31,482 nucleotides of DNA from the IMG/VR virus record IMGVR_UViG_3300025608_000063, positions 1 through 31,482 of that record; one strand, written 5' to 3'. Under the pieces are notes generated by a model. It saw nothing but the letters and a program-made list of their open reading frames with translations. It was not told the DNA's origin and made no database searches. This DNA comes from a virus (lineage: Duplodnaviria > Caudoviricetes). Each line of letters starts with the position of its first letter. The stretch's first letter is position 1. A program made the translations under genes and the position numbers. Shown piece after piece: positions 6,890 through 16,596 of this stretch.

Positions 6890-7402
6890 ATGAACGAGAA
6901 TGAAATGTTAAATTCTATAAAGGAATATGTAAATAATTTATATGGATTGGATATTGTAAAGGACACAAGAAAAAGAGAATATGTAGATGCAAGAGCATTA
7001 TATTATAAATTATGTAAAGACTTAACAAAATGCACCTTAACAGTTATTGGTAATTCAGTAAATAGAGACCACGCATCTGTATTACACGCATTAAATAATA
7101 CTATTCATTACATAGATGAAGAAGAAATAGTTGAGGGTAACTTACATTTCGGTAATGCTATAAACTTACCAAAGCAATCTCCTGCATATTTAGAACATAA
7201 AAACAATGAGTTGCAAAAAGAATTAGAAAGAAAGAATGCAGTATTGAGGTTGTTACCAAAATTAGAAGATATTTATTCTGAATTAAATAACTTAACAGAA
7301 GAACAAAAACAAAACGTAAATAGAAGAAACGAAATGCAATTCGATACTATTGGCAGATGTCTAAATAAGGTAGAAGAAATAATAAAAGTAGAAACAGAAT
7401 AG
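6890..7402 (+). CDS. DNA-binding protein with DnaA C-terminal (domain IV)-like HTH and coiled coil
   Basis: RKREYVDAR...LTVIGNSVNRDHASVLHA matches the DnaA signature (RDHTTVxH). Confidence 0.75.
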   Translation: MNENEMLNSIKEYVNNLYGLDIVKDTRKREYVDARALYYKLCKDLTKCTLTVIGNSVNRDHASVLHALNNTIHYIDEEEIVEGNLHFGNAINLPKQSPAYLEHKNNELQKELERKNAVLRLLPKLEDIYSELNNLTEEQKQNVNRRNEMQFDTIGRCLNKVEEIIKVETE

Positions 7403-7403
7403 G

Positions 7404-7757
7404 ATGAAAAACGATAAACAATTAAATTACTTAAAAGTAGTATTATTAGGGCAATTAACTATTGAAGCAATAGAAGACTTACAACATACAAATAAATACA
7501 AACAGAACTTAAAAAATCAAGGTAATAAGTTTCTAAAGATGTTAGAGGGTTATGTACAGGATGATTACAATACTGTGTACTTAAACAACCAAGAGATGAC
7601 TACAAACGTTTTAATAAAGATTGGAACGTTGATAGACAAGATAAAAAACTCTGATGTAGATGACCTTGTTATGATTGATGCTATAATAGATAAATACAAA
7701 GAAAATCAAGAATGGTTTATGAAAAACGCATCTGCAGACTTTCTAAAGTTAGATTAA
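7404..7757 (+). CDS. Hypothetical protein
   Basis: ORF track, 117 aa. Confidence 0.8.
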   Translation: MKNDKQLNYLKVVLLGQLTIEAIEDLQHTNKYKQNLKNQGNKFLKMLEGYVQDDYNTVYLNNQEMTTNVLIKIGTLIDKIKNSDVDDLVMIDAIIDKYKENQEWFMKNASADFLKLD

Positions 7758-7774
7758 TGAAAAGCATATCTTTT

Positions 7775-7805
7775 AAAAAATAATAAAAATTAACTATATA
7801 CTAAT
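7775..7805 (+). promoter_or_regulatory. Putative late promoter
   Basis: ACTATATA at 7793-7800, 5 nt before the ATG; motif recurs before structural operons. Confidence 0.6.
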
Positions 7806-9002
7806 ATGCAACTAATAAATATTCAAGAGGTTAAACCTAACGAAAACAATCCAAGATTTATAAAAGATTATAAATTTAAAAAACTTGTAAAATCAATTAA
7901 AGAGTTTCCTGAAATGCTAAAGTTAAGACCTATCGTAGTAAATAGCGATATGGTAGTGCTTGGTGGTAATATGCGTTTAAAAGCGTGTAAAGAAGCAGGA
8001 TTAAAAGAAGTTTATATACTAAAGGCAGATGACTTAACAGAACAACAACAAAGAGAATTTATAGTAAAAGACAATGTAGGTTTTGGAGAATGGGATTGGG
8101 ATGTATTAGGTAATGAATGGAACACGCAACAGTTAGAAGATTGGGGTTTAGAATTTATGCCATTTGAAGAAGAAGAAGTTTTAGAAGCTAAAGAAGATGA
8201 TTTTAACGAAGCACCACCTGAACAACCTAAAACAGTTTTAGGGGATTTATACGAGATAGGAGAGCACAGGTTACTTTGTGGAGATAGTACGGATAGCGAC
8301 CAAGTAGCAAAGCTAATGAATGGGAATAAAGCAGATATGGTGTTTACTGACCCACCTTACGGAGTTAGTTATACAGGAGGACACAACAAAAAACAAAGAG
8401 AGGGTATTAAAAGTGATGAATTTGAAAACGAAGAATTATCAAGTTTATTTGAAGATGCTATAAATAATGCTTGTATATTTTCAAAAGAAACATCTCCTTT
8501 TTATATTTGGTATGCAGGAGGTAAATCTAAAGAAACTTATTCAGGATTATCTAAAACACCAATTGAAGTTAGGGCAGTAATATGTTGGTATAAAGTAAAA
8601 AGTGGTTCGGGAGCGTTTATGTCACAATACATACCTAATTATGAACCTTGTATTTATGGTTTTAAAAGTGGTAATACTATAAAATGGTATGGACCAACAG
8701 ATGAAAAAACTGTTTGGGAGTTTCCTAAAGATAAGCAAAATGAATATCATTTAACTCAAAAACCTATATTAGTAGTAGAAAGGGCTCTAAAAAATAGTAG
8801 TAAGAACGATGATTTAATTTACGATAGTTTTTTAGGTGGTGGTTCTACAATGGTAGCATCGCACCAACTAAAAAGAAAATGTTACGGAATGGAATTAGAC
8901 CCTAAATATTGTGATGTAATTATAAAAAGAATGATTAAATTAGACCCTACATTAAAAGTAAAAAGAAATGGTGTTAACGTTAACAACGAATTTAAATTAT
9001 AA
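7806..9002 (+). CDS. ParB/Srx N-terminal domain fused to DNA methyltransferase
   Basis: NENNPR...RPIVV...GGNMRLKA (ParB-N); HRLLCGDS, DPPY, HLTQKP and DSFLGGGST (MTase). Confidence 0.93.
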   Translation: MQLINIQEVKPNENNPRFIKDYKFKKLVKSIKEFPEMLKLRPIVVNSDMVVLGGNMRLKACKEAGLKEVYILKADDLTEQQQREFIVKDNVGFGEWDWDVLGNEWNTQQLEDWGLEFMPFEEEEVLEAKEDDFNEAPPEQPKTVLGDLYEIGEHRLLCGDSTDSDQVAKLMNGNKADMVFTDPPYGVSYTGGHNKKQREGIKSDEFENEELSSLFEDAINNACIFSKETSPFYIWYAGGKSKETYSGLSKTPIEVRAVICWYKVKSGSGAFMSQYIPNYEPCIYGFKSGNTIKWYGPTDEKTVWEFPKDKQNEYHLTQKPILVVERALKNSSKNDDLIYDSFLGGGSTMVASHQLKRKCYGMELDPKYCDVIIKRMIKLDPTLKVKRNGVNVNNEFKL

Positions 9003-9005
9003 AAA

Positions 9006-9803
9006 ATGATAGAGAAAGTAAACCCACAACACCCTGATAAATTAGCAGACCGAATAGCAGGTGCATTGGTTGATTATGCTTACAGTATAAATGAAAATCC
9101 AAAGATTGCAGTAGAGGTTTTAATAGGACACGGATACTGCACTATTATATCTGAAACAACTGTTAAAACAAAAAAAGACATAGTAGATAATATCGTTAAA
9201 AGAATAGCAGGAAAATTAAAAGTTAATTACATAGAAGTACCACAAGATGTATTTTTAAATAGTAATCAATCAGAAAAAACAAAAGCAGGAGATAATGGTA
9301 TTTTTAAAGGAATACCTATTGATGATGAAGTTAAAGAACTTTCTAAAATATCAAGAAGTATATATAAAAAATATCCAACAGATGGAAAATATATATTAGA
9401 TAAAAAAGAAGGTAGGGTTATTATTTGCCAATCAAATGCAAAATCAAAAGAGTTAGAAGAATATATTGGTAATAAATATGATTTAATAGTAAACCCTTTA
9501 GGTTATTGGATAGGAGGTATTGATGTTGATAGTGGAGCAACTAATAGAAAATTAGGTTCTGATATGGGTAGAGCAGTAACAGGTGGAGGTTTACACGGAA
9601 AGGATTTATCAAAGGCAGATGTATCTGTAAATATTTACGCACATTTAAAAGCACAAAAAGAAAATAAAATAATAGATATTTGTTGTGCTATTGGAGATGA
9701 AAATGTAGATGGAAAAGATTATAGCGAAATAGTTGAAATATCAAGAGATTATATAAATTCAATCGGTGGATTTGAAAAATTTGCTGAATGGGGAATAGTT
9801 TAA
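9006..9803 (+). CDS. metK: S-adenosylmethionine synthetase, shortened phage form
   Basis: HPDK, AGDNG, DGK, VNPLG..IGG..DSGATNRKL and GGGLHGKDLSKAD are collinear with MAT motifs. Confidence 0.88.
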   Translation: MIEKVNPQHPDKLADRIAGALVDYAYSINENPKIAVEVLIGHGYCTIISETTVKTKKDIVDNIVKRIAGKLKVNYIEVPQDVFLNSNQSEKTKAGDNGIFKGIPIDDEVKELSKISRSIYKKYPTDGKYILDKKEGRVIICQSNAKSKELEEYIGNKYDLIVNPLGYWIGGIDVDSGATNRKLGSDMGRAVTGGGLHGKDLSKADVSVNIYAHLKAQKENKIIDICCAIGDENVDGKDYSEIVEISRDYINSIGGFEKFAEWGIV

Positions 9804-9809
9804 AAAAAT

Positions 9810-9956
9810 ATGGAAAAGATATATCTTACAGAAATAAATGGTAAAATGGCTTATAAGAAAGGTAAAGATGGTTACTGCTACACTTTTAATAAAAATGAAA
9901 AAAGCAGGAGAAAAGCATACGATGATGCAAAAAATTCATACAAAAAAGATATTTGA
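9810..9956 (+). CDS. 48-aa basic hypothetical protein
   Basis: Hand translated MEKIYLTEINGKMAYKKGKDGYCYTFNKNEKSRRKAYDDAKNSYKKDI. Confidence 0.6.
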   Translation: MEKIYLTEINGKMAYKKGKDGYCYTFNKNEKSRRKAYDDAKNSYKKDI

Positions 9957-10161
9957 TTGGATAGGGTCTATATTTTTAATATCGGCAGGTATTTTAATTT
10001 CAGGTAAGTTTAAATATTTTGAGTGCAGTTATATATTATTTTTTATAGGACATTTAATATATATTATAAATTTTATAAAACAAAAAGAATACAGTTATGT
10101 AAGTGCTAATATATTTTTTTTAAGTATTGATATATTAGGGATATACAAATGGATATTATGA
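9922..10161 (+). CDS. Small three-TM membrane protein
   Basis: Three hydrophobic segments; start at 9922 preferred over 9838. Confidence 0.65.
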   Translation: MMQKIHTKKIFDWIGSIFLISAGILISGKFKYFECSYILFFIGHLIYIINFIKQKEYSYVSANIFFLSIDILGIYKWIL

Positions 10162-10523
10162 AAGAAAACCAAAACAGAACCGAACACCATAAAAAAGCAA
10201 TAATAGAAGCATTAGAGAAATCTTTAGGGGTTGTTACAACTGCTTGTAAGATAGTAGGTATAGGTAGGACTACATTTTACCAATGGTTAAAAGATGATGA
10301 GGAATTTGCAAAGCAAGTAAAGGATATTGATAACATAGCTTTAGATTTTGTAGAAAGTAAATTATTTGAAAACATAAAGAATGGTAAAACATCTGAAACA
10401 ATATTCTACCTAAAGACAAAGGGAAAGAATAGAGGTTATGTAGAAAGGCAAGAAATAACAGGTGCAGATGGTATGCCTACTAAATTTGAAATAGAAATAA
10501 TAAAGCGTGAAGATAAAAACTAA
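10149..10523 (+). CDS. terS: Terminase small subunit (HTH)
   Basis: ACKIVGIGRTTFYQWLKDD HTH and IFYLKTKGKNRGY; directly upstream of TerL. Confidence 0.85.
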   Translation: MDIMKENQNRTEHHKKAIIEALEKSLGVVTTACKIVGIGRTTFYQWLKDDEEFAKQVKDIDNIALDFVESKLFENIKNGKTSETIFYLKTKGKNRGYVERQEITGADGMPTKFEIEIIKREDKN

Positions 10524-11661
10524 TGTTGTTTTTGAACACTTATTACAATCAGATAAAAAGATAACAATAGAGCAAGGTGGTACAAGGTCAGGAAAGACCT
10601 ATAACATTTTGCTTTATATTATTTTTAAATACTGTTTAGAGAATACAGGTAAAACTATTACTATTTGTAGAAAGACTTTTCCTGCAGTTCGTTCTTCTGT
10701 TATGAGAGATTTTTTAGATATACTAAAACAATATAAATCTTATTCAGAAGAGTTACATAATAAATCAAACCACGAATATAAACTGAATGAAAACCTTATA
10801 GAGTTTATATCTTTAGACCAACCACAAAAGGTAAGAGGTAGAAAAAGAAACTTATTATTTATAAATGAAGCCAACGAGTTAGATTACGAAGATTGGCAAC
10901 AGTTAGTATTCCGTACAGAAGATAAAATAATAATTGACTTCAACCCATCAGATGAATACCATTGGTTATACGATAAAGTAATACCAAGAGATGATGCAGA
11001 TTTCTACATTACTACTTATTTAGACAATATGTTTTTAAATAAAAGTATTGTAGAAGAAATAGAGCGTTTAAAAGATACAGATGAAACGTATTGGCAAATC
11101 TATGGTTTAGGTTTAAAAGGTATTTCTAAAGCCACTATATTTAATTATACAGAGGTTAACCATATACCACACGATGCAGAGTTTATAAGTTACGGAGCAG
11201 ATGCAGGATATTCAAATGACCCTACTACTTTAGTTTCTGTTTATAGAAAAGAACACAACCTCTACATTAAAGAACATATATACCAAACACAAATGACTAC
11301 TTATGATATTAGTAGGAAGTGGAAAGAGATAGGAATACAAAGAGAAACAATATACTTTGATAGTGCCGAACCAAGATTGATTGAGGAATTGCGTAGAATG
11401 GGTTTTAACGTAAGACCAAGTTTAAAAGGTGCTGATAGTATCAACGCGGGAATAGACCTCTTAAAACGTTTTAAAATACATATTGAAAAAGATAGTCATA
11501 ATTGCATACAGGAATTTAGGAACTACAAATGGCAAGAAGATAGAAGTGGTAAGATGATAAACAAACCAATAGATAAAAATAACCATACTATTGATGCAGT
11601 AAGATATGCTACCTATTCTGTTTTAAGTAAACCTAACTTTGGTAAATATGCTATCCAATAA
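10507..11661 (+). CDS. terL: Terminase large subunit (PBSX/SPP1-like)
   Basis: GGTRSGKT Walker A, LFINEA Walker B, DFNP; nuclease motifs GADAG, DSAEP and NHTIDA. Confidence 0.96.
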   Translation: MKIKTNVVFEHLLQSDKKITIEQGGTRSGKTYNILLYIIFKYCLENTGKTITICRKTFPAVRSSVMRDFLDILKQYKSYSEELHNKSNHEYKLNENLIEFISLDQPQKVRGRKRNLLFINEANELDYEDWQQLVFRTEDKIIIDFNPSDEYHWLYDKVIPRDDADFYITTYLDNMFLNKSIVEEIERLKDTDETYWQIYGLGLKGISKATIFNYTEVNHIPHDAEFISYGADAGYSNDPTTLVSVYRKEHNLYIKEHIYQTQMTTYDISRKWKEIGIQRETIYFDSAEPRLIEELRRMGFNVRPSLKGADSINAGIDLLKRFKIHIEKDSHNCIQEFRNYKWQEDRSGKMINKPIDKNNHTIDAVRYATYSVLSKPNFGKYAIQ

Positions 11662-11665
11662 AATT

Positions 11666-11692
11666 AACCTCTACAAATCGTAGGGGTTTTTT
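11666..11692 (+). terminator. Rho-independent terminator
   Basis: AACCTCTAC-aaatc-GTAGGGGTT followed by a T run. Confidence 0.8.
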
Positions 11693-11697
11693 GTTTC

Positions 11698-11728
11698 TAA
11701 AATATTTAAAAAATAACTATATACATAT
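11698..11728 (+). promoter_or_regulatory. Putative late promoter
   Basis: TAAA-N14-ACTATATA(11716-11723)-N5-ATG immediately after a terminator. Confidence 0.65.
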
Positions 11729-12382
11729 ATGAAAGTTGAATTAACAGTACCAAATAGTTTAAACGAGATTACTTTAGGTCAATACCAAGAGTATTTAAAA
11801 TTAACTGAATTAAAAGATTTAACAGATATAGAACTATCTCTTAAAATGATTGAGATATTTTGTAATGTAAAGCTTGAATATATTAGATGCATAAAAGCAA
11901 ATGATGTAGCAGATATTGTAAATATCATTTCTAATATGTTTGAAAGTAAACCGAGTTTAGTAAATACTTTTAAATTAAATGGCGTTGAGTATGGCTTTAT
12001 TCCTAATCTTGATGAGATGTCTTTCGGAGAATATATAGACCTTGATACTAATATAGGAGATTGGGATAACATAGATAAGGCAATGGGTGTTTTATACAGA
12101 CCAATAGAAATAAGAAAAGGTAATAGGTATCATATAAAAGAATATGATGCAGGAGATACAGAGCATTTAAAAGATATGCCATTGGATGCAGTATTGGGTT
12201 CTATACTTTTTTTTTATCATTTAGGGAACGAATTGTGTCAAGTTACGATGAACTCTTTGGGACAAACGGAGGAAACACTCTTACAAGAGTATCTCAATTC
12301 GGAACAAAATGGGGTTGGTACTCATCAGTTTATGCACTCGCTCAATCAGATATTAGGAGATTTGAAGATATCACTAAATTAA
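11729..12382 (+). CDS. Putative tail assembly chaperone (gpG-like)
   Basis: Contains a T9 slippery run at 12207-12215 and overlaps an ORF in the -1 frame. Confidence 0.65.
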   Translation: MKVELTVPNSLNEITLGQYQEYLKLTELKDLTDIELSLKMIEIFCNVKLEYIRCIKANDVADIVNIISNMFESKPSLVNTFKLNGVEYGFIPNLDEMSFGEYIDLDTNIGDWDNIDKAMGVLYRPIEIRKGNRYHIKEYDAGDTEHLKDMPLDAVLGSILFFYHLGNELCQVTMNSLGQTEETLLQEYLNSEQNGVGTHQFMHSLNQILGDLKISLN

Positions 12383-12477
12383 AAATGCACGAATGTTTAC
12401 TATTCTTAACGTTTGAAAAAGAAAAACAAGAAATAGAAGCAAGTAATATAAAAAATAAATTTAATGCAAGGAATTAG
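12207..12477 (+). CDS. -1 frameshift extension (gpGT-like C-terminus)
   Basis: The -1 frame is open from the T run: FLSFRERIVSSYDELFG...KWGWYSSVYALA... Confidence 0.65.
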
Positions 12478-12931
12478 AGGGTTTTACCAACTTACAGAAA
12501 AGATAAAAGAGCAGTTACTAAATGATGTAAATGTCAATACAGTAACCACAGGAGATATAACAGAAATAGATTTATCTAAACAAACTATATTCCCTTTATC
12601 ACATATTATAGTAAACAATGTAATCACAGAAGAACAGTATTTATCTTTTAACATTACAGTTATGGCTATGGATGTTGTAGATGAAAGTAAAGAACCCACA
12701 GAAGATATATTCAGAGGTAATGATAATGAGCAGGATATTTTAAATACACAGTTAGCAGTATTGAATAGATTAACAATGGTATTAAGAAAAGGAAACTTAC
12801 ATACTGATTTATATCAATTAGATGGTAGTCCAAACTGTGAGCCTTTTTATGAGAGGTTTGAAAACAAGTTAGCAGGATGGGCGTGTACGTTTGATGTATT
12901 TATTCAAAATGATATTGATATATGCAGTTAA
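12464..12931 (+). CDS. Putative tail terminator/completion protein
   Basis: 155 aa, acidic, IFPLSHI motif, in tail gene context. Confidence 0.55.
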   Translation: MQGIRGFYQLTEKIKEQLLNDVNVNTVTTGDITEIDLSKQTIFPLSHIIVNNVITEEQYLSFNITVMAMDVVDESKEPTEDIFRGNDNEQDILNTQLAVLNRLTMVLRKGNLHTDLYQLDGSPNCEPFYERFENKLAGWACTFDVFIQNDIDICS

Positions 12932-13461
12932 AACAAACACAAGAAGCCTTAAATAAGTTTGCTAAATATGTTATACAACAAAGTAGAAGTAACTTAACTA
13001 AAGGTAAAAAGAATGCATCTAAAGAACTTTATAACAGTTTAGATAGTGAAGTAAAGGTTTCTAAAAATAGCTTTCAATTAGAGTTTCTAATGGAGCAGTA
13101 TGGTATTTTTCAAGATAAGGGTGTGCGAGGTGCAGGTGGTGTAAGGAAAACAACAAGTAAATTTAATAGAAGAAATAACAAAGGTAAGATTTGGAAGCAA
13201 AAGGGTGGTAATAGTCCTTTTAGTTTTAAAGAGGGTAGAAAGCCATCTGTAAAGCATTTTAAAGAATGGTCTAAAAGAAAAGGTTTATCAGCTTACGCAG
13301 TTAGAGATGCAGTATTTAGGCAAGGAATTAAACCAAGTTTATTCTTTACCAAACCATTTGAGAAAGCATTTAAGAATTTACCAAAAGAGTTAGTACAATC
13401 GTTTGCTTTAGATATGGAAACCTTATTAGAAACAACGATAAAAGATAATTTAAAAAAATAA
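12922..13461 (+). CDS. Putative neck/tail completion protein (HK97 gp10-like)
   Basis: Basic protein with L..S...YGIFQDKG...GIKPSLFF pattern. Confidence 0.5.
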   Translation: MQLKQTQEALNKFAKYVIQQSRSNLTKGKKNASKELYNSLDSEVKVSKNSFQLEFLMEQYGIFQDKGVRGAGGVRKTTSKFNRRNNKGKIWKQKGGNSPFSFKEGRKPSVKHFKEWSKRKGLSAYAVRDAVFRQGIKPSLFFTKPFEKAFKNLPKELVQSFALDMETLLETTIKDNLKK

Positions 13462-13464
13462 GAA

Positions 13465-14565
13465 ATGGCAGTTATATTTGCAAGAAGTCCAAGATACTTT
13501 TGGTTACCTAAAACATCTACAGAACAATCATTAAAATTTGTATTAAGTGTTGATGGTGTTGTAAGATATACTATTACAAAAAATTATGTTAACAATAATG
13601 TGTTAATAGAATACGCAGAGTTGTTAAGAGATTACATAGAAATTGAATATGATAATCCTGATAGTTGGAGTATAAATGTTGAATATACTTTTACTACTTA
13701 TGATGGCTTAAATGGTACAGGGAATATTATTAATAATATAGCATCAGGAACTTCATTTTTTTCTGATGGTTATGGTTACTTTGAAGATGGAGATGATGGT
13801 AAGTTTTCTAATAATGTTGGTCTAATGCAAACTAATAAAATAATTTATAAGTATGCAGATGCAGATGTTAGAATACCAATAGATAGAAATGCAACAGATA
13901 GTGTAATTTATTTATTTAAAGGAGAGATAGTAAGTTCAGAAACAGTAACATCAAGTACTGATTATGCTTTTCAATATATAGGCAATAGTTCGGATAGTTT
14001 TGAAGATAGGGTTTTATCTGATGGTGGTACTTATGAAGAAACAAAATGTATATCAGACTTTTTAGATGAGTTTGAAATAAGTGAAGTCGATGAAATTAGA
14101 ATAGTGCCAACTTTTGGAGATTTAGAAATAATCAAAGTAAAAAATATAGAAGAGTGTAAGTTTACACCTGCAAAGGTTTCTTTTGTAAATAAGTTTGGTG
14201 CTATACAAGACGTATGGTTTTTTAAGAAATCAATAGAAACATTAAATGCAAAAAGAGAAACGTTTAATAGATTTTCAATTAATGAAAGAGGTATTTACAA
14301 TACAAGCGACCATCAAAGAAAAGATTTTAATGTAAGTGCAACAAAATCAATAAAGCTAAACACAGGTTATGTAGATGAAAGTTATAATGCTATTATGCAA
14401 GAATTAATGCAGTCAGAATACGTTTGGATGAAAATGGATGATGTTGTAACACCAATGAATGTAAAAGCAAATAGTCTAACTTTCAAAACAAGTGTTAATG
14501 ATAAGTTAGTAGATTACTCGTTAGATTTAGAATATTCTTTTTCAGTTATAAATAATGTAAGATAA
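13465..14565 (+). CDS. Virion structural protein (tail/baseplate region)
   Basis: 366 aa, FVNKFGAIQ motif, in tail operon. Confidence 0.55.
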   Translation: MAVIFARSPRYFWLPKTSTEQSLKFVLSVDGVVRYTITKNYVNNNVLIEYAELLRDYIEIEYDNPDSWSINVEYTFTTYDGLNGTGNIINNIASGTSFFSDGYGYFEDGDDGKFSNNVGLMQTNKIIYKYADADVRIPIDRNATDSVIYLFKGEIVSSETVTSSTDYAFQYIGNSSDSFEDRVLSDGGTYEETKCISDFLDEFEISEVDEIRIVPTFGDLEIIKVKNIEECKFTPAKVSFVNKFGAIQDVWFFKKSIETLNAKRETFNRFSINERGIYNTSDHQRKDFNVSATKSIKLNTGYVDESYNAIMQELMQSEYVWMKMDDVVTPMNVKANSLTFKTSVNDKLVDYSLDLEYSFSVINNVR

Positions 14566-16596
14566 ATGCAGGAACTACAATTATACATACAAGGTCAAAG
14601 AATAGATTTATTTAAAGACGAAAGTGTTTCTATTACGCAGTCAATACAGAATGTAAAAGACATAGCAAAGGTATTTACAGACTTTAGTAAAACGTTTAGT
14701 ATTCCTGCATCTAAAGTAAATAACAAGATATTTAAACACTACTACAACTTTGATATAGTTGGTGGGTTTGATGCACGTAAAAAAGTATCTGCTACAATAG
14801 AACTAAACAACTTACCATTTAGAACAGGAAAGGTAAAGTTAGAAGGGGTAGATTTAAAGAATAATAAACCTACTGCTTATAGAATTGTTTTCTTTGGAGA
14901 TATTGTAGACCTTAAAGACAAATTAGGAGAAAAGAAACTGTCAGACCTTAATTTAGCAGCATACGACTTAACATATAGCCCTACAAATGTAGAAACTAAA
15001 CTAACAACAGCACAGAGTAGTAGTAACCATATTATCTGTCCTTTAATTACACACACACAAAGATTATTTTACGATAGCGTAGAACATATAAACAATAATG
15101 GTAATTTATACTACCACACAGGTTCAGGAAGCAACTTACACGGTGTAAAGTGGAACCAACTAAAGTACGCTATGCGAGTAAACAAAATAATTGAGCAGAT
15201 AGAAGCTGACTATGGTTTAGAGTTTAGTAGCGACTTTTTTAAGAACACAAGTTTAGAAGAGTTTGACCATTTGTTTTTATGGCTACATAGAAAGTCAGGT
15301 AAGATAGAAGATTTATCAGGTGGTACTAAATTCGACACTCACGTAGACGGTTGGACACCACAAGACGATGGTGTATTTTATATAGACACAAGAACGTTTA
15401 CAAGTGAGCAGTTTCTGGAATTTGTTATAGAGTTTGAACTTGACCTTGTAACCGCAAGTACTGACCCTTATGATGTACGCATAGAATTAAATGGCGATGC
15501 GGTATACACCAAAACAAACCACACAGGCAATCTAAATGTAGATGCTATTGCAGGGGACTTTGTATATGAAGAGGGAGATTACGATGTTTATATCATAGCG
15601 CAAACACAAATAACATTTAGTGCTATTGTATGGAGAGCAACTGAAAACGAATTAGGCACACCAACATCAATAGATTACGATACAGGCTCATTTACTACTG
15701 ATGCTTCGTTTACTTTTAACGTAGCTAAACAGATGCCTGATATGAAAATATTAGACTTTCTTACAGGGCTATTTAAGACGTTTAACCTTACAGCCTATGT
15801 AGAGAACGATATAATAGTAGTTAAGCCTTTAGATGATTTCTTTACAAGCCCAACGACATACGACATAACAGAATTTGTAGACGTAGAGAGCAGCAAGGTA
15901 GACGTAGCACTTCCGTATAAAGAGGTTGTATTTAAGTTTAAAGATACAGCTACATTTTTAGCGCAGAAATACGGAGAGATAAATAATAAAACTTGGGGGG
16001 AAACAAATTACAATGATAGTAGTGATGACTTGTCAGGTAGTTTATATAAAGTAGAAGCACCATTTGGGCATATGTTATTTGAAAGATTAAATGACGTAAG
16101 CGGTGGCACACAAAAGAACATACAATGGGGTTGGTCAGTAGATAAAAGCCAAAACGCTTATTTAGGTAGCCCTTTATTGTTTTATCCTATATTGGTAAGT
16201 ACAGGACAGATAAGTTTTGTAGATAGCGTAAACGCAGACGATGAAGCTACAAGCCACAAAGCTATAACACAAGCTAACTTACCTTTTAATAGCCCTGCAC
16301 TATTGGCTTCTACTAATCCGCATCAGTTGAATTTTGCAAGAGAGTTTAGTGAATGGACTTTAGATACTTCGTTTGACGAAACACTATTCTCGGAGTACTA
16401 TACGAACTATATAACAAGTGTATTTAATCCTAAACAAAGACTAACAAAAGTAAAAGCATATTTACCTATGAAGATTTTACTTAATTATAGTTTAGGAGAT
16501 AGATTTGTTATAGCAGGAAACCAATACAAAATAAATAGTATATCTACTAATTTACAAACAGGAGAAAGCAATTTAGAACTAATAAATGATTTATGA
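14566..16596 (+). CDS. Putative tail tip/baseplate hub protein
   Basis: 676 aa, beta-rich, next to the tape measure gene. Confidence 0.6.
   Translation: MQELQLYIQGQRIDLFKDESVSITQSIQNVKDIAKVFTDFSKTFSIPASKVNNKIFKHYYNFDIVGGFDARKKVSATIELNNLPFRTGKVKLEGVDLKNNKPTAYRIVFFGDIVDLKDKLGEKKLSDLNLAAYDLTYSPTNVETKLTTAQSSSNHIICPLITHTQRLFYDSVEHINNNGNLYYHTGSGSNLHGVKWNQLKYAMRVNKIIEQIEADYGLEFSSDFFKNTSLEEFDHLFLWLHRKSGKIEDLSGGTKFDTHVDGWTPQDDGVFYIDTRTFTSEQFLEFVIEFELDLVTASTDPYDVRIELNGDAVYTKTNHTGNLNVDAIAGDFVYEEGDYDVYIIAQTQITFSAIVWRATENELGTPTSIDYDTGSFTTDASFTFNVAKQMPDMKILDFLTGLFKTFNLTAYVENDIIVVKPLDDFFTSPTTYDITEFVDVESSKVDVALPYKEVVFKFKDTATFLAQKYGEINNKTWGETNYNDSSDDLSGSLYKVEAPFGHMLFERLNDVSGGTQKNIQWGWSVDKSQNAYLGSPLLFYPILVSTGQISFVDSVNADDEATSHKAITQANLPFNSPALLASTNPHQLNFAREFSEWTLDTSFDETLFSEYYTNYITSVFNPKQRLTKVKAYLPMKILLNYSLGDRFVIAGNQYKINSISTNLQTGESNLELINDL

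Noticed and set aside
4359-7757. Paralogy between 4359..4736 and 7404..7757
   Set aside because: Similar size and helical pattern only; too weak to call by eye
9838-9921. Longer N-terminus for the membrane ORF
   Set aside because: The region is better explained by the 48-aa ORF 9810..9956 in another frame
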